A program made the translations under genes and the position numbers. 64,000 nucleotides of DNA from Gaiellaceae bacterium. Lineage in GTDB: Bacteria > Actinomycetota > Thermoleophilia > Gaiellales > Gaiellaceae. This document shows positions 48,962 to 57,565 of this stretch, in pieces (the first letter of the stretch is position 1; each line of letters starts with the position of its first letter). The stretch spans positions 1,462 through 65,461 of the forward strand of contig DASWRL010000047.1 in assembly GCA_036403195.1 (NCBI GenBank). Direction: 5' to 3'. The notes under the pieces were generated by a model. It worked only from the letters and a program-made list of their open reading frames with translations, was not told the origin of the DNA and made no database searches.

Positions 48962-50442
48962 GCGCCGATCTCCAGGCCGGCGAGGGGCGAGGAGACGCGC
49001 GCGAACCGCTCGCGCGCCTCGTCCCACGCCGCGCTCGGCTCGGGCTCGAACGTCCGCGGCGCGAACGACCGGCGCACGAGCTCGCGTCCCTCGGCGAGCG
49101 TCGCGAGCTCGCCGAGCGCGATCGCCTGCACGAGCAGGTTCCCGACGACCGTCGCCTCGGCGGGCCCGGCGAGCACCGGCCGCTCCGCGGCGCTCGCGGT
49201 CCAGCCGCAGAGGAGCGGGTTGTTCGCGCCGCCGCCGACCACGTGCAGCTCGCGAAGCTCGCGTCCCGTCACCCGTGCGAGCACGTCCACGGTCTCGGCG
49301 TGCTTGAGGGCGAGGCTCTCGAGGATGCAGCGCACGGTCGCGGCGTCGCTCTCCGGCGCGTCCTGCCCCGTCTCGTCGCAGTACGCGGAGATCCGACCGG
49401 GCATGCCGCCCGGCTCGGAGAACACAGCCGCGTTCGGATCGATCAGCGCGCCCCCGGGCGGCGCCGTGCGGGCGAGCTCGACGAGCTCCTCGAACCCGTA
49501 GCTGCGGCCGGCGTCCGCCCACGCGCGGCGGCACTCGTGCACGAGCCAGAGCCCGGTCACGTTGCGCAGGACGCGGAACGTCCCGTCGACGCCCGCCTCG
49601 TTCGTCAGGTTCGCCGCGAACGCCTGCTCCGTGACGACCGGCTCGTCGGCCTCGACGCCGACGAGCGACCAGGTGCCGACGCTCAGGTAGGCGCACCCGT
49701 CGTCGCGTAGCGGGACGCCCGCGACCGCGGCCGCGGTGTCGTGCGTCGCCGTCGCGACCACGGCGGCGCCTCCTATGCCGGCGTCGTCGGTGGACACCTC
49801 ACCGAGCAACGTCCCGGGCGCGACGATCTCGGGAAGGATCTCGACGGGGATCCGGAGCCGCTCGAGCAGGTCGCGCGCCCACGCGCCGGTCCGCCGGTCG
49901 TAGCACTGGGTCGTGCTCGCGTTCGTGCGCTCGCTCGACTCGCTGCCGCACAGCCAGTTGTGGAAGAGGTCGGGGATCATCAGAAGCCTGCGGGCGCGCG
50001 CGAGCTCCGGGCGCTCGCCGTCCGCGAGCGACGCGAGCTCGTAGAGCGTGTTGATCGGAAGGAGCTGGATCGCCGTCCTGTCGTACAGCTCGCGCGGCGG
50101 CACCACCTCGAGCACCCGGGCGAACGCGGCCGCGCGCCGCGCGTCCCGATAGTGCACCGGGTTCGCCACGAGCCGGCCCGACGCGTCGAGGAGCCCGAAG
50201 TCGACGGCCCACGAGTCGACGGCGACGGCGTCGACGGCCGACGTTGCGGCGGCCTTCCGCAGGCCCGTCCACGCCTCGACGCGAAGCCGCTCGACGTCCC
50301 ATTCGAGGGTGCCCTCCCGCTCGATCGGCACGTTCGGGAAGCGGTGCACCTCCTCGACCGTGAGCCGCTCGCCGTCGAACCGCCCGACGGCGACGCGGCC
50401 GCTCTGTGCGCCGAGATCGACGGCGGCCAGGGTCCGCGTCAA
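48958..50442 (-). CDS. rhaB: Rhamnulokinase (FGGY family)
   Basis: AAVDLGAQSGRVAVGRF..., VDSWAVDFGLLD and HVVGGGANNPLLC. The inferred TTG start overlaps the DeoR stop (TTGA). The track ORF to 50682 is over-extended. Confidence 0.88.
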   Translation of the reverse strand: MTRTLAAVDLGAQSGRVAVGRFDGERLTVEEVHRFPNVPIEREGTLEWDVERLRVEAWTGLRKAAATSAVDAVAVDSWAVDFGLLDASGRLVANPVHYRDARRAAAFARVLEVVPPRELYDRTAIQLLPINTLYELASLADGERPELARARRLLMIPDLFHNWLCGSESSERTNASTTQCYDRRTGAWARDLLERLRIPVEILPEIVAPGTLLGEVSTDDAGIGGAAVVATATHDTAAAVAGVPLRDDGCAYLSVGTWSLVGVEADEPVVTEQAFAANLTNEAGVDGTFRVLRNVTGLWLVHECRRAWADAGRSYGFEELVELARTAPPGGALIDPNAAVFSEPGGMPGRISAYCDETGQDAPESDAATVRCILESLALKHAETVDVLARVTGRELRELHVVGGGANNPLLCGWTASAAERPVLAGPAEATVVGNLLVQAIALGELATLAEGRELVRRSFAPRTFEPEPSAAWDEARERFARVSSPLAGLEIGA

Positions 50443-51296
50443 CTGAGCCCGTCCAGGTTGCGGACCGCGCGCCGGAGGTCGCGGGGCCGGAGCGGCGGCG
50501 GCTCGACCGGCACGGGTCCGGCCGTCACGACCTCGACCCCCGCCTCGAGCCACGCGCCCACCTCGTCCGCGGGTGCGCTCGAGTCGGTGACGATGCCGTG
50601 GAGGTCGTCGGTCGAGACGAACGACAGGAGCGCGCTCCGGTGCCACTTCGTGCCGTCGAGGATCCCGAAGACGCGCTCGCACGCATCGGCCATCTCCTGC
50701 TTGATGCGCACCTCGTCGGGGTTCAGGTCCATGAGGCCTCGCTCGAGGCTGAGGCCGCGGGCGCCGAGGAAGCCCTTGTTGATCCGCGTCGTGCGCAGCA
50801 CGTCCGTGCCGAAGTCGCCGACGAGCGACATCGCCGAGAGGCGAAGGACGCCGCCCGTGACGACCACGGTGATGCCGGGGGCATCGGCGAGCGCCGTCGC
50901 GACGAGGAGCCCGTTCGTGACGACCACGAGCTCGCGCTTCGTGCGGAGCTCGAGCGCGAGGTAGTACGCGGTGGTGCTTGCGTCGAGCGCCACCGCCTCC
51001 CCCTCGCCGACGAGCGCCGCGGCGGCGCGGGCGATCGCGCGCTTCCGCTCGACCTCGAGCCGGAGGCGAAGGTCGAATCCCACTTCCGACTGCCCCTGCT
51101 GCAGCGCGCGCACGCCGCCGCGCACGCGGGCGACGAGACCCTGCTGCGCGAGCGAGGTGAGGTCGCTCCGGACCGTGACCTCGGAAACCGCAAATGATTC
51201 CGCAAGCTCCGAAACCTGAACGGAGTCGCGCGTCTCCAGGAGCCGGAGCACGTGCTGCATCCGCTCCTGCTGCGAAAGCCCACGCATATCAGCCAC
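50439..51296 (-). CDS. DeoR-family transcriptional regulator (likely rhamnose regulon repressor)
   Basis: N-terminal HTH ERMQHVLRLLETRDSVQVSELAESFAVSEVTVRSDL and a C-terminal DeoR sugar-phosphate sensor domain. Confidence 0.92.
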   Translation of the reverse strand: MADMRGLSQQERMQHVLRLLETRDSVQVSELAESFAVSEVTVRSDLTSLAQQGLVARVRGGVRALQQGQSEVGFDLRLRLEVERKRAIARAAAALVGEGEAVALDASTTAYYLALELRTKRELVVVTNGLLVATALADAPGITVVVTGGVLRLSAMSLVGDFGTDVLRTTRINKGFLGARGLSLERGLMDLNPDEVRIKQEMADACERVFGILDGTKWHRSALLSFVSTDDLHGIVTDSSAPADEVGAWLEAGVEVVTAGPVPVEPPPLRPRDLRRAVRNLDGLS

Positions 51297-51330
51297 GTCG
51301 CCGATAGCGGGCGACCCTATGACGGGGCCG

Positions 51331-51381
51331 AACGAAAGTCAATAGCCTACTTTCGCTTTCGATCGGAGTGAAAACGAAAGC
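51331..51381. promoter_or_regulatory. Cluster of four CGAAAG/CTTTCG half-sites (two imperfect palindromes) in the deoR / rhaI divergent intergenic region. Candidate operator.
   Basis: AACGAAAGT-N9-ACTTTCGCT, then CTTTCG-N13-CGAAAG. This is the only AT-richer stretch of the 126-bp intergenic region. Confidence 0.5.
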
Positions 51382-51422
51382 AGGTTCGCAATCGCCGCCG
51401 CGATGTGCGAGGCTCGCAGCGC

Positions 51423-52583
51423 ATGGACGAGCCGGGTGTCTTCGACCGCCTCCGCCGGCTCGAGATCGAGACGCCGTCGTGGGGCTACGGGAACTCGGGC
51501 ACCCGCTTCCACGTCTACCCCTGGCCCGGTGCCGCGAGGACGGTCCACGAGCGGCTCGACGACGCCGCCCTCGTCCACCGCCTCACGGGTGCCTGCCCGA
51601 GCGTCGCGCTGCACATCCCGTGGGACGCCGTCGACGACTACGGCGCACTTCGCCGGTACGCGGAGGATCAGGGCCTTCGCATCGGCGCCGTCAACCCGAA
51701 CCTCTTCGGCGACGACGCGTACGCGCTCGGGAGCCTCTGTCACCCCGACGCGGGGGTGAGAGCGCGTGCGCTCGAACACTGCCGCGAGTGCATCGGGATC
51801 GCAGAGGAGGTCGGCTCGTCGATCGTCAGCCTGTGGCTCGCGGACGGGACGAACTACCCGGGCCAGGACGACCTGCGCGAGCGGCACGCGCGCCTGGTGG
51901 CGACGCTGGACGAGCTCTACGCGGCGCTCCCCGACGGAATGCGCCTCCTCGTCGAGTACAAGTTCTTCGAGCCGGCGTTCTACAGCACCGACCTCCCCGA
52001 CTGGGGGACCGCCGCCCTCCTCTGCCGTCGCCTCGGCCCGCAGGCGCAGGTGCTCGTCGACACGGGTCACCATCCCCAGGGAACGAACGTCGAGCAGATC
52101 GTCGCGCTGCTCCTCGCCGAGGGGCTGCTCGGAGGCTTCCACTTCAACAACCGCAAGTACGCGGACGACGACCTGATCGTGGGCTCGATCGACCCGTTCG
52201 AGCTGTTCCGGATCATGCGCGAGATCGCGCGGACGGAGTCGCCCGAGCGCATCGCGTTCATGATCGACCAGTCGCACAACGTGGAGGGGAAGATCGACGC
52301 GATGATCCAGTCGGTCTCGAACATCCAGACGGCGTATGCGAAAGCACTGCTCGTCGACGACGAGCGCCTCGATGCGGCCCAGCGTGCGGGCGACGTGCTC
52401 GGCGCGCACCGCGTGCTGATGGACGCGTACGAGACGGACGTGCGTCCGCTGCTCGCCCGCCTGCGTGAGGACCTCGGCGTGGAGGCCGACCCGGTCGAGG
52501 CGTTCCGGCGCGGCGGTCATGCCGCACGCCTTGCACGGGAGCGCGGGACGACGTCGGTGGCGAGCGCCTACGAGAGCGATTGA
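51423..52583 (+). CDS. rhaI: L-rhamnose isomerase (xylose-isomerase-like TIM barrel, actinobacterial/P. stutzeri type)
   Basis: ETPSWGYGNSGTRFHVY, LVEYKFFEPAFYSTD and VDTGHH. An alternative GTG start is at 51405. Confidence 0.92.
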   Translation: MDEPGVFDRLRRLEIETPSWGYGNSGTRFHVYPWPGAARTVHERLDDAALVHRLTGACPSVALHIPWDAVDDYGALRRYAEDQGLRIGAVNPNLFGDDAYALGSLCHPDAGVRARALEHCRECIGIAEEVGSSIVSLWLADGTNYPGQDDLRERHARLVATLDELYAALPDGMRLLVEYKFFEPAFYSTDLPDWGTAALLCRRLGPQAQVLVDTGHHPQGTNVEQIVALLLAEGLLGGFHFNNRKYADDDLIVGSIDPFELFRIMREIARTESPERIAFMIDQSHNVEGKIDAMIQSVSNIQTAYAKALLVDDERLDAAQRAGDVLGAHRVLMDAYETDVRPLLARLREDLGVEADPVEAFRRGGHAARLARERGTTSVASAYESD

Positions 52584-52594
52584 GAGGAGGCCCG

Positions 52595-52906
52595 GTGACC
52601 GAACGGAGCGCGTTCGTGCTGCGCGTGAGGCCCGAGATGGTCGACGAGTACGTCGAGGCGCATCGAAACGTCTGGCCCGAGATGCTCGACGCGCTGCGGA
52701 ACGCAGGCATCCGCAACTACTCGATCTTCCGGCACGGCAACGAGGTGTTCGGCTACTTCGAGTCGGACGACGCCGAGGCCGCCGCGAGGTACATGGAGGC
52801 GCAGGAGGTGAATGCCCGCTGGCAGGACACGATGGCGGGGCTGCTGGAGGAACGCGTTCCGGACGCGGGGCCGGCCGCGCTGGAGGAGATCTTCAGGCTC
52901 GAATAA
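52595..52906 (+). CDS. rhaM: L-rhamnose mutarotase
   Basis: SAFVLRVRPEMVDEYVEAHRNVWPEMLDALRNAGIRNYSIFRHGNEVFGYFE. GTG follows GAGAGGAGG. Confidence 0.88.
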   Translation: MTERSAFVLRVRPEMVDEYVEAHRNVWPEMLDALRNAGIRNYSIFRHGNEVFGYFESDDAEAAARYMEAQEVNARWQDTMAGLLEERVPDAGPAALEEIFRLE

Positions 52907-52965
52907 CGGCGCGGCGAAAAGGCGGCAGCGGAGGAGGGCCTCGCGCCGTCGAGAACAGGCTCTTC

Positions 52966-53499
52966 GTGGGATCGATCGACTCCGGCGCCGTCCCACCGCA
53001 CGGCCTGGAGCAGCGCAGGCACGAGTTGCACGGCGCGTTCGGCAGTGACGCGTTCGGGCGCCTGGCAGAGAAGGCCGCGCGGTTCTTCGGCACGCCGCAG
53101 TACATCGTCGGCCAGACGGTCGCGGTCATCACCTGGGTCGTCGTGAACTCGACGCAACTCCACTTCGGCTTCGCGTGGGACGTCTATCCGTTCATCGCAT
53201 TGAATCTGCTCTTCTCGCTCCAGGCCGCGTACGCGGCGCCGCTGATCCTGCTCGCGCAAACCCGGCAGGCAGACCGCGACAAGCTCCACACCGACCGGAT
53301 CGACGAGGGACACACCCGGCTCGCAGAAGCCGCGAAGGCCGAGACGGACAAGCTCCTCGAGCTGCTGCAGACGAACACGGAGCTCACGCGGCAGGACAAG
53401 GAGCTGACGGAGTCGGTGGCCGACCTGACGAGGCAGATCCACGCGCTCCTCGCCGGACGCCAAAACCCGGCGAGCGACACTCCGACTGAACTCGAGTAA
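52966..53499 (+). CDS. DUF1003-family membrane protein
   Basis: FGRLAEKAARFFGTPQYIVGQTVAVITWVVVN...YPFIALNLLFSLQAAYAAPLILLAQTRQADRD plus a coiled-coil tail. The start is uncertain (GTG at 52966; no in-frame ATG). Confidence 0.75.
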   Translation: MGSIDSGAVPPHGLEQRRHELHGAFGSDAFGRLAEKAARFFGTPQYIVGQTVAVITWVVVNSTQLHFGFAWDVYPFIALNLLFSLQAAYAAPLILLAQTRQADRDKLHTDRIDEGHTRLAEAAKAETDKLLELLQTNTELTRQDKELTESVADLTRQIHALLAGRQNPASDTPTELE

Positions 53500-53577
53500 T
53501 CGGGGCGGGCAACGCGCAATTGCGCGCATTCAGCTACGTTCCTCACACCGACAACATCGCAACGAGGTGATCCCGAC

Positions 53578-54000
53578 GTGCCAAGACCCCGCTCGAAGAC
53601 CGCGACTCGCAAGTCCTCGACACGCAAGACCGCGACACGCAAGACCGCGACACGCAAGAGCTCCGCGAAGAGATCGACGACGTCGACGCGGCGTCCTGCA
53701 GCAGCAAGCTCGAGTGCCGGCGCGACATTCGCCTGCCCCGAGTGCGGCAAGACATTCGCTCGCCCCGCAGCGCTCGGCGCGCATCGCAGTCGCGCTCATG
53801 GCGTCGCCGGTGCGTCGTCGCGGAGATCGACGACTGCAGCACGCGCGACCCGCGCAACGCGCGCACCGCGTGACGGCTCCGTCGACCGCGACGCCCTCCT
53901 CGCCGCACTGTTCCCGAACGGGATCCCGGCGCGCGAGCGCGTCATCCGTGACGTGAACGCCTGGCTGGACCAGGCCGAACGGCTCGCGCGGCAGGGCTGA
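53578..54000 (+). CDS. Basic protein with K-[TS]-[AS]-T-R pentapeptide repeats and a single classical C2H2 zinc finger
   Basis: GTG start after GAGGTGA. PRPRSKTATRKSSTRKTATRKTATRKSSAKR... then FACPECGKTFARPAALGAHRSRAH (F-x-C-x2-C-x3-F-x5-L-x2-H-x4-H). Confidence 0.65.
   Translation: MPRPRSKTATRKSSTRKTATRKTATRKSSAKRSTTSTRRPAAASSSAGATFACPECGKTFARPAALGAHRSRAHGVAGASSRRSTTAARATRATRAPRDGSVDRDALLAALFPNGIPARERVIRDVNAWLDQAERLARQG
53596..53655 (+). repeat. 15-nt-period tandem repeat (aagaccgcgacacgc and variants, 4 units) encoding KTATR/KSSTR
   Basis: Direct inspection. Two units are identical and the flanking units are degenerate. Confidence 0.85.
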
Positions 54001-54041
54001 CCCGCTCCTCGCTCCGCCGCTCCGGCGCGACGCGCGTCGCC

Positions 54042-54611
54042 GTGCTCGCGGCGGCGTGCGCGTTCGCCGTCGTGCTCTGGGGCGGCTACGGCCGGGGCTG
54101 GCACTGGACGGGATTCGAGCCCGACGCCAAGCTCTGGGACTGGCTCCACGTCTTCGTGCTGCCGCTCGCGTTCGTCGCAGGCCCGCTCTGGCTTCGGCAT
54201 CGCGCCCGGCTCGGCCGCAGGCATCGACTCGCCGCGGCCGCGCTCGTCGCGTGCTTCGGCGTGCTCGTCGCGGCGGGGTACGCGTTCGACCTTCGCTGGA
54301 CGGGTTTTCCGGGCAACGAGCTCTGGGACTGGCTCGAGCTCCTCCTCCTGCCGCTCGCGATCGCACTCATCCCCGTGTGGACCGACCTCACGGGCGGAGT
54401 GCGCCGCAGGCACGTCGCCGCCGCCGCGTTCGCGACGATGTTCCTCGCCGTCGCGATCGCCGGCGGCTACGGCTACCACTGGCATTGGACCGGCTTCCGC
54501 GGGAACACGCTCTTCGACTGGATCCAGCTCGTCATCGCACCGCTGCTGGTCCCATTCGTCCTCGTCCCGCTCACGGAACGGGCGATGACGCCGGACGAGG
54601 GAAAGAGATGA
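54042..54611 (+). CDS. Integral membrane protein built from three internal repeats (GYxxxWxWTGFxxNxLWDWLxLxxLPL)
   Basis: GTG start. Repeats at GGYGRGWHWTGFEPDAKLWDWLHVFVLPLA, AGYAFDLRWTGFPGNELWDWLELLLLPLA and GGYGYHWHWTGFRGNTLFDWIQLVIAPLL. Confidence 0.65.
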   Translation: MLAAACAFAVVLWGGYGRGWHWTGFEPDAKLWDWLHVFVLPLAFVAGPLWLRHRARLGRRHRLAAAALVACFGVLVAAGYAFDLRWTGFPGNELWDWLELLLLPLAIALIPVWTDLTGGVRRRHVAAAAFATMFLAVAIAGGYGYHWHWTGFRGNTLFDWIQLVIAPLLVPFVLVPLTERAMTPDEGKR

Positions 54612-54665
54612 GGGGCCGCGGTACTCCCGACGGCTGCGGCTTCCGCGGCTTCCGCGCGGCCCCTC
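54610..54665. terminator. 11-bp perfect inverted repeat (gaggggccgcg ... cgcggcccctc) spanning the stop codon, with a 34-nt loop
   Basis: Seen directly. The long loop makes terminator function uncertain. Confidence 0.3.
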
Positions 54666-54717
54666 GCACACACCCTACCCAGAGCAGAGGGTTGCGCCAT
54701 CCCCGGTACGAGGGAAA

Positions 54718-54761
54718 ACAGGACGAGCGAGGCTGCCGCATGAGCCTCGCTGCCGTCCTGT
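54718..54761. terminator. Strong hairpin (8 bp + 2-nt bulge + 9 bp, 8-nt loop) flanked by AAAA / TGTT. Bidirectional-terminator-like.
   Basis: acaggacgagcgaggct gccgcatg agcctcgctgccgtcctgt. On the minus strand it is followed by TTTTCCCT. Confidence 0.5.
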
Positions 54762-54876
54762 GTTCTACCCCCCAAATGTCCTTCGCGCCCCGCCGCATCG
54801 GGCGCGAGGGAACACGCCAATGATCCGTCCGGGCCACCGCTTCACACAATCACTCACGCGGGGTTGACTGCAGTAC

Positions 54877-55992
54877 TTGACTAGAGCCCTCTGCCTCGTC
54901 GCGCTGTCCGTCCTCGCCGCAGGCTGCGGCTCGGCGGCGCCGCACCGGCTTCGGGTCGGCGCGGTCGAAGACGTGGCGAAGGCGGGCGACGCGAAGGCTG
55001 CGATGCAGCTCGCGGCCCGGTCCGGCTTCGACGTCGTCGTGCTCAGCTCGACCTGGACGCGCGGCCTCGACGCCCCGGCCGCCGGCGAGCTCGAGTCGCT
55101 GCGGCGCGCCGCCGCCGCGGCGGTCGACGCCGGCGTCGCGCCGGTCGTCGCGATCTACTCGTTCAGCTCGAGCACGCCACTCGACGAGAGCGGCCGTGAG
55201 GAATTCGCGGCCTACGCGGCCGCGATCGTGCACGCGCTGCCGCAGCTGCACGCAGTGATCGTCGGCAACGAGCCGAACCTGAACCTCTTCTGGCTCCCGC
55301 AGTTCACCCCCGACGGCCAGGATGCAGCGGCGCGGGCGTTCGAGGCGCTGCTCGCGCAGACGTACGACGCGGTGAAGAAGGCGCGCTCGGACGTCGAGGT
55401 GATCGGCGCCGGCCTCGCCGCGCGCGGCTCCGACGATCCGCAGGCCGCACGGCAGACGCATTCGCCGACGCGCTTCCTCCTCGATCTCGGCGCGGCGTAC
55501 CGCGCATCGGGCCGGCGGCGGCCGATCATGGACGCGCTCTCCCTCCATCCGTACGGCGAGACGCCGCGCGTGCCGCCGACGCTGAGGCACCCGCACTCGA
55601 CGTCGCTCGGGATCGCCGACTACGAGAAGGTGCGCGAGCTGCTCGGCCGGGCGTTCGGCGGCACCGCGCAGGACGGCCGCGACCTGCCGATCGTCTACGG
55701 CGAGTACGGCGTCGAGACGCGGATCCCGCCCGCCAAGGCGGCCCTCTACAGCGGCAGCGAGGTCGTCGAGGCCGTGCCGGAGCAGACGCAGGCGCGGTAC
55801 TACCGCTCCGCCCTCGAGCTCGCCGCCTGCCAGCCGACGGTCGAGCTTCTCCTGTTCTTCCACGTCCAGGACGAGCCGCGCCTCGAGGGGCTGCAGAGCG
55901 GGACGCGCTACGCGGACGGCTCGCCGAAGACGAGCATGGCGCCGGTTCGTGCCGCGATCCGCGCCTGCGCCCACTCGTGCTGCGGCGGGTGA
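54877..55992 (+). CDS. Lipoprotein, glycoside-hydrolase-like (clan GH-A TIM-barrel-like)
   Basis: TTG start. Lipobox LSVLAAGCGS. IVGNEPN motif and YGEYG later in the sequence. Confidence 0.65.
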   Translation: MTRALCLVALSVLAAGCGSAAPHRLRVGAVEDVAKAGDAKAAMQLAARSGFDVVVLSSTWTRGLDAPAAGELESLRRAAAAAVDAGVAPVVAIYSFSSSTPLDESGREEFAAYAAAIVHALPQLHAVIVGNEPNLNLFWLPQFTPDGQDAAARAFEALLAQTYDAVKKARSDVEVIGAGLAARGSDDPQAARQTHSPTRFLLDLGAAYRASGRRRPIMDALSLHPYGETPRVPPTLRHPHSTSLGIADYEKVRELLGRAFGGTAQDGRDLPIVYGEYGVETRIPPAKAALYSGSEVVEAVPEQTQARYYRSALELAACQPTVELLLFFHVQDEPRLEGLQSGTRYADGSPKTSMAPVRAAIRACAHSCCGG

Positions 55993-56069
55993 CCACGGTT
56001 TGCGTTCGGGCGCCGCACGGGAAGGAACTGACCGCCGCTCGACCCGACCCCCGTCCGCGAGCTCGACGA

Positions 56070-57557
56070 ATGGCGACACACCGAGCCTCACCCGACCCCT
56101 CGACCGTCGATACGCGCCTCTCGACCGGCGTCGCCGGGCTCGACACGATCCTCTGCGGCGGGTTCCTTCCCGGCCGCACCTACATGGTGCGGGGCGAGCC
56201 TGGGGTCGGGAAGACCGCGCTCGGGCTCCACTTCCTGGCCGACGGCGCGGCGCGCGACGAGCGGGTCCTCTTCCTGACACAGGGCGCAACGCAGGAGGCC
56301 GTCCGCCAGGACGCCGCGTCGATCGGCGTGCCGATGGACGGCGTCGACTTCCTCGACTTCACGCCCGACCCGAACGAGTTCGAGGTCGCCGACACCTACG
56401 ACGTCTTCGAGCCAGGCGACGCCGAACGGACGCGGTACGTGTCGACCGTCGTGGCCGCGGTGCGCGAGACCCGCCCGACGCGGGTGTTCCTCGACGCGCT
56501 GACGCAGGGGCGGCACCTCGCCGAGGACGTGGTCGAGTTCCGGCGGCAAGCGCACGCGCTGTTGCGGTTCTTCGTCGGCGAAGGCGCGACCGTCGTGTTC
56601 GCGTCGGGGAGCTCCGACCGCCGGGCCGACGAGGACCTGCAGTTCATGAGCGACGGCGTCCTCCACCTCGAGTACTCGCCCCAAGGCGGCAGGATCGTCT
56701 CCGTCACGAAGCTGCGCGGGTCCCCCTTCCGCCTCGGACGCCACTCGCTGCGCATCACCGACCACGGCCTCGAGGTGTACCCGCGACTCGTTCCCGAGGC
56801 GCACGCGCGGCCGTACCGCGACGAGCAGATCGGAACCGGGATCGAGCGCCTCGACGTGCTGCTCGGCGGCGGCATCGAGCGCGGGTCGATCAGCCTCGTG
56901 ACCGGCCCGAGCGGCGTCGGGAAGACGACGCTTGCGACGCAGTTCGCGAAGGAGGCCGCGCTGCGCGGCGAGCGATCGGTGATCTACACCTTCGAGGAGG
57001 CGACGGCGACGTTCGTGCATCGGTCGGAGGCGATCGGCATGCCGATCTCGAAGATGGTCGCGGCGGGGTCGCTCTCGATCGTCGAGGCGGAGCCGCTGGA
57101 GTACACCGCGGACCAGTTCGCGATCGCGGTCCGCGAGGAGGTGGAGCAGCGGGAGGCGAAGCTGGTCGTCCTCGACAGCCTGTCGGGGTACCGGCTGGCG
57201 ATCCGCGGCGAGAACCTCGTCGAGCACGTCCACGCGCTGTGCCGCTACCTGCGGAACATGGGCGCGACCGTGATCGTGCTCTACGAGGTCACGTCGGTCA
57301 CCGGCGACTTCCGCGCGACCGAGGTCGGGCTCTCCTACCTCGCCGACAACATCGTGTTCCTCCGCTACGTGGAGATCGACAGCGAGCTTCGCCGGGTCAT
57401 CGGAGTCCTCAAGAAGCGGTCGACGGATTTCGAGAAGAAGCTGCGGGAGCTGACGATCACGGCGCACGGCATCGAGGTGGGCGAGCCGCTCACCGGGCTG
57501 CGCGGGATCCTGCGCGGCGTGGCGGACCGGGTCGACGGCTCGTCCCGCGGCGACTGA
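56070..57557 (+). CDS. KaiC-family double RecA-like ATPase
   Basis: Two KaiC-type domains: STGVAGLDTILCGGFLPGRTYMVRGEPGVGKTALG and GTGIERLDVLLGGGIERGSISLVTGPSGVGKTTLA. The C-terminus reads IGVLKKRSTDFEKKLRELTI. Confidence 0.9.
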   Translation: MATHRASPDPSTVDTRLSTGVAGLDTILCGGFLPGRTYMVRGEPGVGKTALGLHFLADGAARDERVLFLTQGATQEAVRQDAASIGVPMDGVDFLDFTPDPNEFEVADTYDVFEPGDAERTRYVSTVVAAVRETRPTRVFLDALTQGRHLAEDVVEFRRQAHALLRFFVGEGATVVFASGSSDRRADEDLQFMSDGVLHLEYSPQGGRIVSVTKLRGSPFRLGRHSLRITDHGLEVYPRLVPEAHARPYRDEQIGTGIERLDVLLGGGIERGSISLVTGPSGVGKTTLATQFAKEAALRGERSVIYTFEEATATFVHRSEAIGMPISKMVAAGSLSIVEAEPLEYTADQFAIAVREEVEQREAKLVVLDSLSGYRLAIRGENLVEHVHALCRYLRNMGATVIVLYEVTSVTGDFRATEVGLSYLADNIVFLRYVEIDSELRRVIGVLKKRSTDFEKKLRELTITAHGIEVGEPLTGLRGILRGVADRVDGSSRGD

Positions 57558-57565
57558 GGGGGCCG

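Noticed and set aside
53596-53655. Regular 15-nt repeats considered as a possible mini CRISPR or non-coding repeat array
   Set aside because: The units are contiguous with no spacers. They lie in frame inside a GC3-biased ORF and encode a KTATR pentapeptide repeat.
54864-54869. TTGACT hexamer as a -35 box for the lipoprotein gene
   Set aside because: It lies only 8 nt upstream of the TTG start (54877). A -10 element and the transcription start would then fall inside the coding sequence.
55949-57565. First 539 codons of the 890-aa track ORF (55949-58621)
   Set aside because: This part is an off-frame read through the KaiC-family gene. The kinase begins at ATG 57566.
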